From assembly GCA_038727515.1 (NCBI GenBank), contig JAVYVS010000004.1, positions 32,001 through 96,000 of the forward strand: 64,000 nucleotides of DNA, read 5' to 3'. The notes under the pieces were generated by a model. It ran no database searches, was not told the DNA's origin, and was given only the letters and a program-made list of their open reading frames with translations. Positions 45,637 to 55,288 of this stretch are shown here, in pieces. This DNA comes from Candidatus Methanomethylicia archaeon. GTDB lineage: Archaea > Thermoproteota > Methanomethylicia > Culexarchaeales > Culexarchaeaceae. Positions within the stretch are counted from its first letter, which is position 1; each line of letters opens with the position of its first letter. Made by a program: the position numbers and the translations under genes.

Positions 45637-47271
45637 TTAAATCTTTATCTCCGTTAATTCATTTATTTTGGCTTCTATTCTCCTAATAATTCTATTGTAT
45701 GTCTTTTCATTTGTATCCTTTAGACGTTGATATTCAATTCTTCTTATGGTTTTTGATAGTTTTTTATTTTCTAGTTCCTCCATTCTACTCATTAGTGCAT
45801 CAAGTTTACCTAGTTCCTCCTCTATTTCTTTAATTTTCTCCTTTGCTTGTTCAGATTCTATTTTCACAGTTATTTCCGTTAGTTTTCTCTTTATGTTTTC
45901 GATTTTAGCTTTTATTTTGCTTTTACCTTCCATGTATTGCTTTCTATCTATTTCTCCTTCTCCATATCTTTTGATTAATTCCTTTAGTTTTATGTATTCA
46001 TCCTTTTCTTCCATGTATGAATCTCGTATAGCTTTTATATATTCTTCCCTTCTAACTTTAGTTTCTCTTCTTGTGGATTTGTATTTTATGTATGTTGAAG
46101 CTGTTAATGCTATTATTATTGTTGCATATGCTATTATGGTTGTCGGTATTTTAATTGGCATTGAACCTGGAATGTACGTTACCATTAGTGCTGATGGTTT
46201 TGTTTCTATTGCTATTAATTTATGTATTTGATATTCTATTTTCGTTTCCATGATGTTTTTCGGTTGATCTGTATATTGGATTATCTTTGTTCCACTTGGG
46301 AATTCTATGGTTACATTCAATTGTTTTATTGGTGTTTCTAGTATTGTGTTTATTGGTGTGTTTAGAGTTTCTTGTTGTCCTTCAACAATATATTTCTCTC
46401 TTGGTATAGTATACTCTATTGTAAATTCATATGTCCATCCACTTTGTATATCTATCCTTGGATATACTGTGCACTCTAAGTTTTCACTTGTTACATTTAT
46501 GAAGTAATTTAATTTTCCAAGTGGGTCTGAAACATATTTTACTTCTGTTCCCATTGGCATTTTCAATTTTATTCCATTGCTTTTACTTATCTTCCCCCCA
46601 CTTAGATTCCTTATTAGTATTGAATCTTTCACGTATATTTGTTGGGTTATACTTACAATTCTATTAATTCTATCTACTGTTATTGGTGTTATCTTTGCTT
46701 CAAAGGATGTGTATAATTCTATTTTTGTTTCTTGTGGTAGTGGAGATTGATAGTATTCTACTTTTTGTCTTCCATTCTTAGTGATGTTTGCTAATGGTAT
46801 TATTGTATTTACTTTTACTGTTTCCTTTGGGTAATATATGGTTGTTTTACATTCTCCAATCATTATGTTTAGGATCGGGTATAAAGGGTATTGGAATACA
46901 TATAAATTTGCCAATACTTGCAAATGTTTTATTAAGTATACTTCTAGTATTATTTTCCCTTTAATTTCTCCGATAATTACCATTTTAATATTGTCTTCAT
47001 CTTCTTCTAATATTACGCTTCTTTCACCATTTTCATCATATGCTTTAACTATGAATATCGTATCTGAGTATTGTTTTGGTATGTATTGAGTTATGTTTAC
47101 TTCTCTCCATGATATGTTTATCTCATCAACTATCTTTGCATAATTTTCATTTATCTCTATAACTCTATTCACTTCTGAGTTTACTTCCTGTGAATATGTT
47201 TTAATGGTGGATGCCACTTGAATTATCGTTATTAGGATTATCAGTAAGGCTAAACTCTTCTTTATAGGCAT
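45637..47271 (-). CDS. Ribophorin I (RPN1/Ost1)-like type I membrane protein
   Basis: Signal peptide; beta-rich ectodomain with VSDPLG, PRIDIQSGWTYEFTIEYTIP..KY and IEFPSG; single TM helix; C-terminal helical coiled coil. Confidence 0.7.
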   Translation of the reverse strand: MPIKKSLALLIILITIIQVASTIKTYSQEVNSEVNRVIEINENYAKIVDEINISWREVNITQYIPKQYSDTIFIVKAYDENGERSVILEEDEDNIKMVIIGEIKGKIILEVYLIKHLQVLANLYVFQYPLYPILNIMIGECKTTIYYPKETVKVNTIIPLANITKNGRQKVEYYQSPLPQETKIELYTSFEAKITPITVDRINRIVSITQQIYVKDSILIRNLSGGKISKSNGIKLKMPMGTEVKYVSDPLGKLNYFINVTSENLECTVYPRIDIQSGWTYEFTIEYTIPREKYIVEGQQETLNTPINTILETPIKQLNVTIEFPSGTKIIQYTDQPKNIMETKIEYQIHKLIAIETKPSALMVTYIPGSMPIKIPTTIIAYATIIIALTASTYIKYKSTRRETKVRREEYIKAIRDSYMEEKDEYIKLKELIKRYGEGEIDRKQYMEGKSKIKAKIENIKRKLTEITVKIESEQAKEKIKEIEEELGKLDALMSRMEELENKKLSKTIRRIEYQRLKDTNEKTYNRIIRRIEAKINELTEIKI

Positions 47272-47363
47272 CTTTCTTCACTATCCCCTTTAATTTAATT
47301 CTATATTCACCTTATAATCGTTTATCTCAAAATTTAAATTGTGAGTAGATAAAAGGTATTTTA

Positions 47364-48767
47364 GTGGTTTTAATGGTGCCTTATGAACACCCCTACATCC
47401 CAAATTCTTCTAAGAAGGTTTTTGAAGAAATGCTTAAAGTTGTTGGTGTAAGTGATATTTCAGAGCTTTATAGGGATATACCTGAAGAAGTCAAGTTTAA
47501 TGGTGAATTAAATATTCCTGGACCTATGTCTGAATTTGAGGTTTTTAAGTATATTAGTGGAATTTTAAATGATAATAAGAGTTTAATGGATATGCCAATA
47601 TTTCTAGGTGCTGGCTGCTGGCCTCATTACGTTCCAGAAGCTGTTAAATATATTGTTAGTCGTAGTGAATTTCTAACTTCATATACTCCCTATCAAGCTG
47701 AAATTTCTCAAGGTATGCTTCAAGCATTGTTCGAATTTCAGAGTTTGATTTGTGAATTGACTGGTATGGATGTTGCCAATGCTTCAATGTATGATTGGGC
47801 TTCAGCATTGGCTGAAGCTGTTTTAATGGCTGTTAGAATAACTCAAAGGAAGAAGGTTATTATTCCAAAAATTATTAGTCCAGATAGATTGATAACTTTA
47901 AGGACTTATTGTGAACCTCATGGTATTTCCATAATTCAAATAGATTATGATCCTGATAGTGGATGCATGGATTTATCTTCTCTAAAGAGTTCTATTTCCA
48001 ATGATGTCGCTGCAGTCTATGTTGAGAATCCATCTTATCTAGGATTCATTGAATTAGGTGTTGAAGATATTTCCTCTATAGCTCATGATCATGGATCATT
48101 ATTCATTGTTGGTGTAGATCCAATATCCCTTGGAATATTGAAAGCTCCTGGAGATTATGGAGCTGATATTGTTGTAGGTGAAGGTCAACCTTTAGGTAAT
48201 CCAATGAATTTTGGAGGTCCACTTCTCGGATTATTTGCTTGTAGAGGTGAAGATAGAATTATTAGACAAATGCCTGGTAGAATTATCGGTTTAGCTCATA
48301 CTTTAGATGGTTCTGAAAGAGGATTTGTAATGGTTTTACAGACTAGAGAGCAGCATATTAGGAGGGAGAGGGCGACTTCAAATATATGTAGTAATGAAGC
48401 TTTATGCGCTGTTTCAGCAGCTATATATCTTTCTCTACTTGGTCCTAGAGGGCTTAGTGAGCTTTGTGAATCTATAATGTATAGGTCTCATTATGCTATG
48501 AAATTGTTAGACGATATTCATGGCGTTAAAGCTCCATTGTTCAATTCTCCACATTTCAAAGAGTTTACAGTTAATTTCGATAATTCTAAATTTGATGTAT
48601 ACCATGTTCATAGAGAGCTTTTAAGACGTGGGATTCATGGTGGAAAGATTATTAAAAATGAATTTCCAGAGCTTGGTGAAACTGCTTTATATTGTGTTAC
48701 TGAAGTTCATTCTAAAAGTGATATTGAGAGGCTTGTTTTAAATATTAAATCTATTTTGGAGGGATAA
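47364..48767 (+). CDS. gcvPA: Glycine cleavage system P protein subunit 1
   Basis: FLGAG; EFLTSYTPYQAEISQGMLQ; NASMYD; FGGP; LQTREQHIRRERATSNICSN. Confidence 0.96.
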   Translation: MVLMVPYEHPYIPNSSKKVFEEMLKVVGVSDISELYRDIPEEVKFNGELNIPGPMSEFEVFKYISGILNDNKSLMDMPIFLGAGCWPHYVPEAVKYIVSRSEFLTSYTPYQAEISQGMLQALFEFQSLICELTGMDVANASMYDWASALAEAVLMAVRITQRKKVIIPKIISPDRLITLRTYCEPHGISIIQIDYDPDSGCMDLSSLKSSISNDVAAVYVENPSYLGFIELGVEDISSIAHDHGSLFIVGVDPISLGILKAPGDYGADIVVGEGQPLGNPMNFGGPLLGLFACRGEDRIIRQMPGRIIGLAHTLDGSERGFVMVLQTREQHIRRERATSNICSNEALCAVSAAIYLSLLGPRGLSELCESIMYRSHYAMKLLDDIHGVKAPLFNSPHFKEFTVNFDNSKFDVYHVHRELLRRGIHGGKIIKNEFPELGETALYCVTEVHSKSDIERLVLNIKSILEG

Positions 48768-48770
48768 CCC

Positions 48771-50300
48771 ATGTTTAGACAAGCTAAATGGCATGAACCA
48801 TTAATATTTGAATTAAAATCTGAAGGTAGAAGGGGATATATTCCTCCAAAAGTTGATGATGAAATTAAAAATGTTGTTGGAGATGTCCTTAAGAGTATTC
48901 CTGAAAATCTTAAGCGTAAGGAAATCAATATACCTGAATTATCTGAAGTGGAAGTTGTTAGACATTATACACGTTTATCACAGATGAATTATGGTGTTGA
49001 TTTAGGAGCCTATCCACTTGGTTCATGCACTATGAAGTATAATCCTAAGATCAATGAGAAATTGGCTTCTCTAGATTCAGTGGCATATGTCCATCCACTT
49101 CAAGATGAAGAAACCATTCAAGGCTCTTTAAGGTTGATGTATTTAGTGGAGAAATGGCTTGCTGAAATAACTGGTATGTATAGGTTTACACTTCAACCTG
49201 CTGCTGGAGCTCATGGGGAATATCTTGGTTGTCTAATTATTAGAGCTTACCATAGGTTTAGAGGTGAGCATGAGAGAAATGAGATTATAGTTCCAGATAG
49301 TGCTCATGGAACTAATCCTGCCAGTGCTTCTATGGCTGGATTTAAAGTTGTTGTAGTTCCATCTGATGATCGTGGATGTGTTGATTTAAATGCTTTAAGA
49401 AATTCTATTTCTGATAGAACCGCTGGACTTATGCTTACAAATCCAAATACACTTGGTATATTTGAAGAAGATATTATGGAGATATCTGATATGATTCATA
49501 GTGCTGGTGGATTATTGTATTATGATGGTGCAAATCTAAATGGTATTTTAGGGATAGTTAGACCTGGAGATATGGGTTTTGATATTGTCCATTTAAATCT
49601 ACATAAAACCTTTTCTACACCTCATGGTGGTGGTGGTCCAGGTGCAGGTCCCATTGGAGTTGCAAAGGATCTTGAACCCTTCCTACCAATTCCAGTAGTG
49701 GAATTTGATGGTAAAAAGTATTATTTGAATTATGATAGACCTCTATCTGTTGGTAAGATTAAATCCTTCTATGGTAATTTTGCAGTTATCGTTAGAGCTG
49801 CTGCATACATACTTTCAATGGGTAGTATAGGTCTTAAAACTGCAGCTGAGATATCCGTTTTAAATACAAACTATTTCTTGAAGTGTATTTCCAATGTTAG
49901 AGGTTATTCAATTCCATATGATCCTAATAGACCTAGGAAGCATGAATGTGTTTTAAGTGTTGAACCCATGGAGAGGGAAACTGGTGTTAGAGCTTTAGAT
50001 GTGGCTAAGGGATTATTGGATCGAGGTTTACATGCACCTACAATATACTTCCCATTAATTGTTAAAGAAGCTTTAATGATAGAATTTACTGATACTGAAA
50101 CTAAGGAGAATATTGATGCTTACGTTAAAGCTTTAAAGGAGATTTCAGATGAAGCCTATAGTAATCCATCTATAGTTAAAAGTTCTCCAAAGAATACTTC
50201 CATTGGACGTTTAGATGATGTTAAAGCTAATCATCCAAAGTTTCTCGCTCCATCTTGGAAGATGTATTTAAAGAGGATTAGTGAGTTGAAGGCTAAATGA
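48771..50300 (+). CDS. gcvPB: Glycine cleavage system P protein subunit 2
   Basis: RHYTRLSQ; LGSCTMKYNP; QPAAGAHGE; SAHGTNPASA; HLNLHKTFSTPHGGGGPG. Confidence 0.96.
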   Translation: MFRQAKWHEPLIFELKSEGRRGYIPPKVDDEIKNVVGDVLKSIPENLKRKEINIPELSEVEVVRHYTRLSQMNYGVDLGAYPLGSCTMKYNPKINEKLASLDSVAYVHPLQDEETIQGSLRLMYLVEKWLAEITGMYRFTLQPAAGAHGEYLGCLIIRAYHRFRGEHERNEIIVPDSAHGTNPASASMAGFKVVVVPSDDRGCVDLNALRNSISDRTAGLMLTNPNTLGIFEEDIMEISDMIHSAGGLLYYDGANLNGILGIVRPGDMGFDIVHLNLHKTFSTPHGGGGPGAGPIGVAKDLEPFLPIPVVEFDGKKYYLNYDRPLSVGKIKSFYGNFAVIVRAAAYILSMGSIGLKTAAEISVLNTNYFLKCISNVRGYSIPYDPNRPRKHECVLSVEPMERETGVRALDVAKGLLDRGLHAPTIYFPLIVKEALMIEFTDTETKENIDAYVKALKEISDEAYSNPSIVKSSPKNTSIGRLDDVKANHPKFLAPSWKMYLKRISELKAK

Positions 50301-50581
50301 AGTTAACCATTCTCTTCTTCTCTCTTTTTAGAGAATCTTTAGGTGTTGATAAAATTGAATTGGATTTTAATAATCCTGTAAGTCTCCGTGAAGTTTTAGA
50401 TTTCATTGATTCTAGATTTAATGGTAAACTTAGTAGGCTTATATTGAATATAGATGGTAGTCTTAGAAGCGATGTACATATAGTTGTAAATATGAATAGA
50501 ATTAATCCAATGGATTCCTCAAAGATTATTCTAAGTGATGGAGATGTTATAGCTATCCTACCAGCTCCAGCTGGAGGTTAA
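50297..50581 (+). CDS. MoaD/ThiS/SAMP ubiquitin-like sulfur carrier
   Basis: Beta-grasp pattern; LSDGDVIAILPAPAGG C-terminal diglycine. Confidence 0.9.
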   Translation: MKLTILFFSLFRESLGVDKIELDFNNPVSLREVLDFIDSRFNGKLSRLILNIDGSLRSDVHIVVNMNRINPMDSSKIILSDGDVIAILPAPAGG

Positions 50582-51841
50582 TTCTCCAATTAAATAAGTC
50601 TCTCTTGCCTCCAATATCTTTATGTTTACAATTCTTCCAATGAGTTCATTGGATCCTTCAATTAATGCCAATCTATAGTCCTTCATTCTTGCTTTTAAAA
50701 ATCCCCTTTTATTACATCCTAATACTATTGCATCCACCATCTTTCCCTCATAGATTTTATTTCTCTCTAGAGATATCTTCCTTGATAATTCAATTACTTC
50801 CCTACATCTTTCACTTCTAATCTTTTCTGGTATTTGTGGTAGTGCTGCAGCCTTTGTATGTGGTCTAGGAGTATACTTAGCTGCATTTACCTTATCAGGT
50901 TTTGTTTCCTCAAGCACTTTTATCGTATTTCTATGAGCTTCATCACTTTCACCGGGGAATCCGGATATTATATCTGTTGTTATAAATCCATTTGGATATA
51001 TACTTCTAAATCTATCCACTATCTCCCTGTAGTCTTCAACTGTATACTTTCTATTCATAACCTTTAGTATATTGTTGTCTCCACTCTGTAATGGTATGTG
51101 AATGAATTTATATACCCTATCATCATCGTAAACCTCTAATAATCCATCTATTATCTTTAATGCATTATTAGGTGTCATCATACCTATCCTAACCCTATAC
51201 TCCCCTTGTACTCTAAGGATCTTCTTCAATAGATTTACTAGATTAGTACCTTTATCAAATCCATATGCAGCTGTATCTTGAGCTGTAATCCTAATCTCTT
51301 TTACACCTTTACCTACAGCTTTCTCCACTATTTCCACTATTTCATTTTCAGGGTAGCTTTTCAGTCTACCTCTCGCTAATCTAACTATACAATAACTACA
51401 ATCTCCTAAACATCCTTCAGCTATTGGTATTGTTAATGTTAACCCATCTGTAACCATTTTCTTCAGATCTTTAATTCCTTCACCAACGATTCTTATCTCC
51501 CTATTCTTTGATTCAATTATCTCCATTATTTCTCCAATCTTCTGTGGAGAGATTAATGATGCTTCTGGTGATATACTCAATATTTTTGCTGGTTGAACTT
51601 TAGCCATGCATCCTGCCACTATTAATTTTGAACCTTTTATGCATCTGATATTCTCCAATTCCTTTATTCTATGCATCATGTTTTTCTCAGTTTCCCCTCT
51701 AACTGTACATGTGTTTATTATTATTACATCTGCCATCCAAGGGTCCGATATTATCTCATGCTTTTCTGATAGTATTCTTTTTATGAGATTTGTATCTGCA
51801 TTATTCATTGCACATCCATAGCTCTCTATATATACTTTCAT
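50558..51841 (-). CDS. mtaB: tRNA t6A37 methylthiotransferase (archaeal MtaB/CDKAL1 type)
   Basis: ESYGCAMN; NTCTV; radical SAM motif CLGDCSYC; LQSG; GFPGES; C-terminal TRAM domain. ATG at 51841 preferred. Confidence 0.9.
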   Translation of the reverse strand: MKVYIESYGCAMNNADTNLIKRILSEKHEIISDPWMADVIIINTCTVRGETEKNMMHRIKELENIRCIKGSKLIVAGCMAKVQPAKILSISPEASLISPQKIGEIMEIIESKNREIRIVGEGIKDLKKMVTDGLTLTIPIAEGCLGDCSYCIVRLARGRLKSYPENEIVEIVEKAVGKGVKEIRITAQDTAAYGFDKGTNLVNLLKKILRVQGEYRVRIGMMTPNNALKIIDGLLEVYDDDRVYKFIHIPLQSGDNNILKVMNRKYTVEDYREIVDRFRSIYPNGFITTDIISGFPGESDEAHRNTIKVLEETKPDKVNAAKYTPRPHTKAAALPQIPEKIRSERCREVIELSRKISLERNKIYEGKMVDAIVLGCNKRGFLKARMKDYRLALIEGSNELIGRIVNIKILEARETYLIGELTSSWSW

Positions 51842-52010
51842 AGTTTTTACTCTAATTTTCTGTAGTTCCACCCATATATAAACATGTTTCCCCAAAGTTT
51901 TTCTGGAATCTTTTTATTTGTTTTTCCGTCTTTATATAACTGGACTGTTTAATATGTTTCTTTTTCTTTCTTCTTTTCCTCCTTTCTTTTTCTAGAGGAT
52001 TTTTAACATA

Positions 52011-52058
52011 AAATTTTTAAGTGGTTTGTATTCTTTTTGTATTACAATTGTATGACAA
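52011..52058 (+). promoter_or_regulatory. TATA-like box and three 11-bp direct repeats (putative RHH operator)
   Basis: TTTTTAAG near 52014, then TTGTATTCTTT (52026), TTGTATTACAA (52037) and TTGTATGACAA (52048), upstream of the RHH gene. Confidence 0.7.
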
Positions 52059-52106
52059 ATATCTAAATCACTCCCTACAAATCATATATTTAGTAAGGTG
52101 AGATAG

Positions 52107-52274
52107 GTGAAAGTAATCACAATAAGACTTCCTGAAGCTGTTGTTAGAGAAATTGATCTTCTAATTAATAGTGGTAGATTTTCATCTCGTGCTGAAGTCA
52201 TTCGTGAAGCTGTTAGAGATTTTGTACGTAAGGAATTTGTTACTGCTAGATCTCAATTGAAGGTTGTTGTGTAA
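52107..52274 (+). CDS. Ribbon-helix-helix (CopG family; CdrS/aCcr1-like) regulator, 55 aa (not in ORF track)
   Basis: GTG start after an AGGTGA RBS: MKVITIRLPEAVVREIDLLINSGRFSSRAEVIREAVRDFVRKEFVTARSQLKVVV*. Confidence 0.88.
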   Translation: MKVITIRLPEAVVREIDLLINSGRFSSRAEVIREAVRDFVRKEFVTARSQLKVVV

Positions 52275-52339
52275 TCAATTGATTCAATAGCTACCTTCTA
52301 ATCTTTTTATTTTTGTTTTTATTAATTATCTTGATTTTT

Positions 52340-53347
52340 ATGTATGATTTTAATTTGGAGGCTCTTGCTTTAGATGCTAGAGTTAGAAATGCTAATAGGA
52401 TTTTGTTGCAGTTTCCTGATGGACTTAAAACTTTTGCATTGAATGTGGTAGATAAACTTTCTAAGAATGTTAATGCTGAATTTATAATTTCCATGGATCC
52501 ATGTTTTGGTGGTTGTGATATTGCTATTGATGATGCTCGTAGACTTGGGGTTGATTTAATAATACATTTTGGCCATAGTAGATTTATAGATGATTTTGAA
52601 ATTCCAATAATCTATGTTCCAGTCTTCTTTAAAACTTCTTTAAGGGATTTAATTTTAAAGTTTGTTGATCTTTGGGGGTTTAATAAGCCTGTAGGTCTAC
52701 TTTCAACAGTTCAACATATACCTAATTTAATTGAAGTTAAAGAGATTCTTGAAGGATTTGGTATACCCGTATTTTTAGGTTGTAAATGTGGTAAACTTCA
52801 ATTTGAAGGGCAGGTGTTAGGTTGTGAAATTTGTGGAGCTTTATGTATAGTAGATAAGGTTGATGGTTTTTTAGTGATTTCAGGTGGGGATTTCCATGGT
52901 TTAGGTGTTGCATTATCTACTGGTAAGCCCACATACGTTTTAGATCCATTTAGATTTGAAGTTAGGAATTTAGATAAACTTTTAAAGAAGATTGTCTCGA
53001 TTAGATGGAATAATATTATTAGAGCTCGTGATGCTAAGGTTTTTGGGGTTTTTATTGGTGTGAAGCCTGGTCAATGCCATATTGATTTAGCTTTTAAAGT
53101 GAAAAAGCTTCTTGAATCTAATGGTAGAAGGTGTTATCTCTTTTCTGTTAGGAATTTTTCTGAGGATGTTGTTGCTCCATTTAATGATATTGAAGTTTTT
53201 GTTTCAACTGCATGTCCCAGGATTGCTATTGATGATAGTGAAGTATATGGTAAACCTATACTAACGCCTCTTGAAGTTGAATTGGCTTTAAGTGGCTCTA
53301 TGAATTTTGATTCTATAAGGGGGATTTTAAACTTTGGTTATAAGTAG
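52340..53347 (+). CDS. dph2: Diphthamide biosynthesis radical-SAM enzyme Dph2
   Basis: LQFPDGLK; PCFGGCD; HFGHS; GQVLGC; FH; KPGQ; TACPRI. Likely start MYDFNL (ORF open from 52313). Confidence 0.93.
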   Translation: MYDFNLEALALDARVRNANRILLQFPDGLKTFALNVVDKLSKNVNAEFIISMDPCFGGCDIAIDDARRLGVDLIIHFGHSRFIDDFEIPIIYVPVFFKTSLRDLILKFVDLWGFNKPVGLLSTVQHIPNLIEVKEILEGFGIPVFLGCKCGKLQFEGQVLGCEICGALCIVDKVDGFLVISGGDFHGLGVALSTGKPTYVLDPFRFEVRNLDKLLKKIVSIRWNNIIRARDAKVFGVFIGVKPGQCHIDLAFKVKKLLESNGRRCYLFSVRNFSEDVVAPFNDIEVFVSTACPRIAIDDSEVYGKPILTPLEVELALSGSMNFDSIRGILNFGYK

Positions 53348-53963
53348 GCTTAAGCATTTAGCTATGGTTTTAGAAAATGTTAAGCCTCATCCAAATCCAA
53401 GTTTAGATTTAGAGCAGTATAGTTTATGTGGTGAAGATGCTGCTAGAATCTTATGGTTTGCTGGAAGAATCCATGATGATATCAATGATAAGATAGTTCT
53501 AGATCTTGGTTGTGGTACTGGTATTTTGAGTATTGGTTCAATTCTTCTTGGAGCTAAATTTGTTTTTGGTGTTGATATTGATTCAAAGGCTTTGGAAGTT
53601 GCTTTGGATAATGCTAAGAATTTGAATGTTTATTCTAGGGTTTCATTTCTATGCGCTGAAGTTTCTAAATTGCCTATGATTCGTATTGTGGATACTGTTA
53701 TTCAGAATCCACCCTTTGGAGTTCATAAGAGGGGTGCTGACATAATGTTTTTGGAAGCTTCTATGAAGATTGCTAGAGTTGTTTATTCATTACATAAGTA
53801 TACTGTTGAAAATAATCTATTTATATCTAGGGTTGTTTCAAAGCTTGGGGGTAGAATTGTTGGTATGCTTCCCCTTACAATTACAATACCTCACATATTT
53901 GATTTTCATAGGGAATTTAAACGTAAGGTTAATGTGATCCTCTATCGAATAGTACATGTATAG
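53334..53963 (+). CDS. METTL5-family RNA methyltransferase
   Basis: LEQY; DLGCGTGIL; QNPPFG; YSLH; FH. Confidence 0.9.
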   Translation: MVISRLKHLAMVLENVKPHPNPSLDLEQYSLCGEDAARILWFAGRIHDDINDKIVLDLGCGTGILSIGSILLGAKFVFGVDIDSKALEVALDNAKNLNVYSRVSFLCAEVSKLPMIRIVDTVIQNPPFGVHKRGADIMFLEASMKIARVVYSLHKYTVENNLFISRVVSKLGGRIVGMLPLTITIPHIFDFHREFKRKVNVILYRIVHV

Positions 53964-53971
53964 TTTTAAGG

Positions 53972-54544
53972 GTGTTTACTTTGATTTCAGCGGGGGATGA
54001 ATTAGTATTTCCAGGGGATTTCCTAGGAGTTATTGAGGAGTTTATAGCTGGAGATGGCGTCATGGAATTTGATGGTTCTCTTTTTGCAATTAAATTTGGT
54101 CGTTTAAAGGTTGATGTTCGTGAAAAGAAGATATGGATAGAATCTAAAAGAAGTTTTTTACTCCCTACAACTGGAGATGTGGGTTTAGGTGTTGTTTTTG
54201 ATGTTGGTTTTGAATCTGCTGGTATGAAGATTCATCATATTGAGGGTAAAGGTACTTTAAGATTTCCAGTAACAGCATACCTTAGACTTCACTTCGCTTC
54301 TAATAAAGTTAAGTTTAATTCTATGTATGATGTTGTTAGGGAAGGTGATATTGTTAGAGCTGTATTTTTAAATTCTTGGAGACCATATAATGTTTCTATT
54401 AGAGATGATGATTTAGGCGTTATCTTTGCCAGATGTCCCTATTGTCTTTCTCCACTCTTTTTAAAAGATAATAAACTTATATGTTCTAAATGCAATTTCT
54501 ATAGTTCTAGGAAGTTTTCTTCTAAATATCTTCTAGTTAAGTGA
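53972..54544 (+). CDS. csl4: Exosome RNA-binding cap subunit Csl4
   Basis: VFPGDFLGVIEEF; S1 domain; DLGVIFARCPYC...CSKC...RK. Confidence 0.9.
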   Translation: MFTLISAGDELVFPGDFLGVIEEFIAGDGVMEFDGSLFAIKFGRLKVDVREKKIWIESKRSFLLPTTGDVGLGVVFDVGFESAGMKIHHIEGKGTLRFPVTAYLRLHFASNKVKFNSMYDVVREGDIVRAVFLNSWRPYNVSIRDDDLGVIFARCPYCLSPLFLKDNKLICSKCNFYSSRKFSSKYLLVK

Positions 54545-54598
54545 TTTTGAATAGTTAAATTTATTATTTATTTTGTTTAAGCCTATTAAGGTGTTTAT

Positions 54599-54904
54599 AT
54601 GGAGATTAAAGTTTTAAGGAGAGATGAAGATTGTATAGAGCTTGAAGTTAAGGGTGAGGGACATACATTCTTCAATGCTTTATGCTCTAAGCTTCATGAA
54701 GATCCAGCCGTTATTATTGCATCCTACAATATTCCCCATCCACTTGAGGATAGAACTCTATTTATACTTAGAGTTTCATCTAAATCTCCATGGGAAGTCC
54801 TAATTGATGCTGTTAAAAAGCTTAAGGAAGATGCTATTAACTTTAGAAGTGAATTTGAAAATGCCATTAAGAGTTTTGAGTCTAGTAAGAGGGGGAAGAC
54901 TTAA
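54599..54904 (+). CDS. rpoL: RNA polymerase subunit Rpo11 (RpoL)
   Basis: GEGHTFFNAL; ASYNIPHPL. Confidence 0.93.
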   Translation: MEIKVLRRDEDCIELEVKGEGHTFFNALCSKLHEDPAVIIASYNIPHPLEDRTLFILRVSSKSPWEVLIDAVKKLKEDAINFRSEFENAIKSFESSKRGKT

Positions 54905-54907
54905 TTA

Positions 54908-55288
54908 ATGTCTATTCTTGATCTCCATGAAGTTTTAATGAATTCTGATATGGCTTCTTTCGGGGATTCTCTTTTAAATTTTGTTTATTCTCTTTCTATA
55001 AGTAGAATTAATGGTAAATTTCGTGGTGGTAGGGTTCGGAATAAGGTTTTAGCTGAAGCTTTACATAGATGTGGATTGAGGGATTTTCTTAGTGGTAAAG
55101 TTGATGTTCATGTTAAAGGTGATGCTGTAGAAGCTTTAATAGCTTATGCATGGATTTCTAATAAAGTTTCTCTTGATGAACTTGTGAATATTCTCTCAAG
55201 TAATTTACGTAGTAATGATTTTAAAGATGAAGTTGAAGCTTTTTCAAATCTTTTAAGATATGTTTTGGTGAAGATTTTTGAAGGTTAA
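54908..55288 (+). CDS. Archaeal ribonuclease III-like domain protein
   Basis: FGDSLLNFVYSL; RVRNKVLAEAL; GDAVEALIAYAW. Confidence 0.8.
   Translation: MSILDLHEVLMNSDMASFGDSLLNFVYSLSISRINGKFRGGRVRNKVLAEALHRCGLRDFLSGKVDVHVKGDAVEALIAYAWISNKVSLDELVNILSSNLRSNDFKDEVEAFSNLLRYVLVKIFEG

Noticed and set aside
51842-52010. Pyrimidine-rich tract as ncRNA or N-terminal extension of MtaB
   Set aside because: No stable structure or box motifs were seen; MtaB homology begins at MKVYIESYGC, so this is best read as divergent promoter DNA
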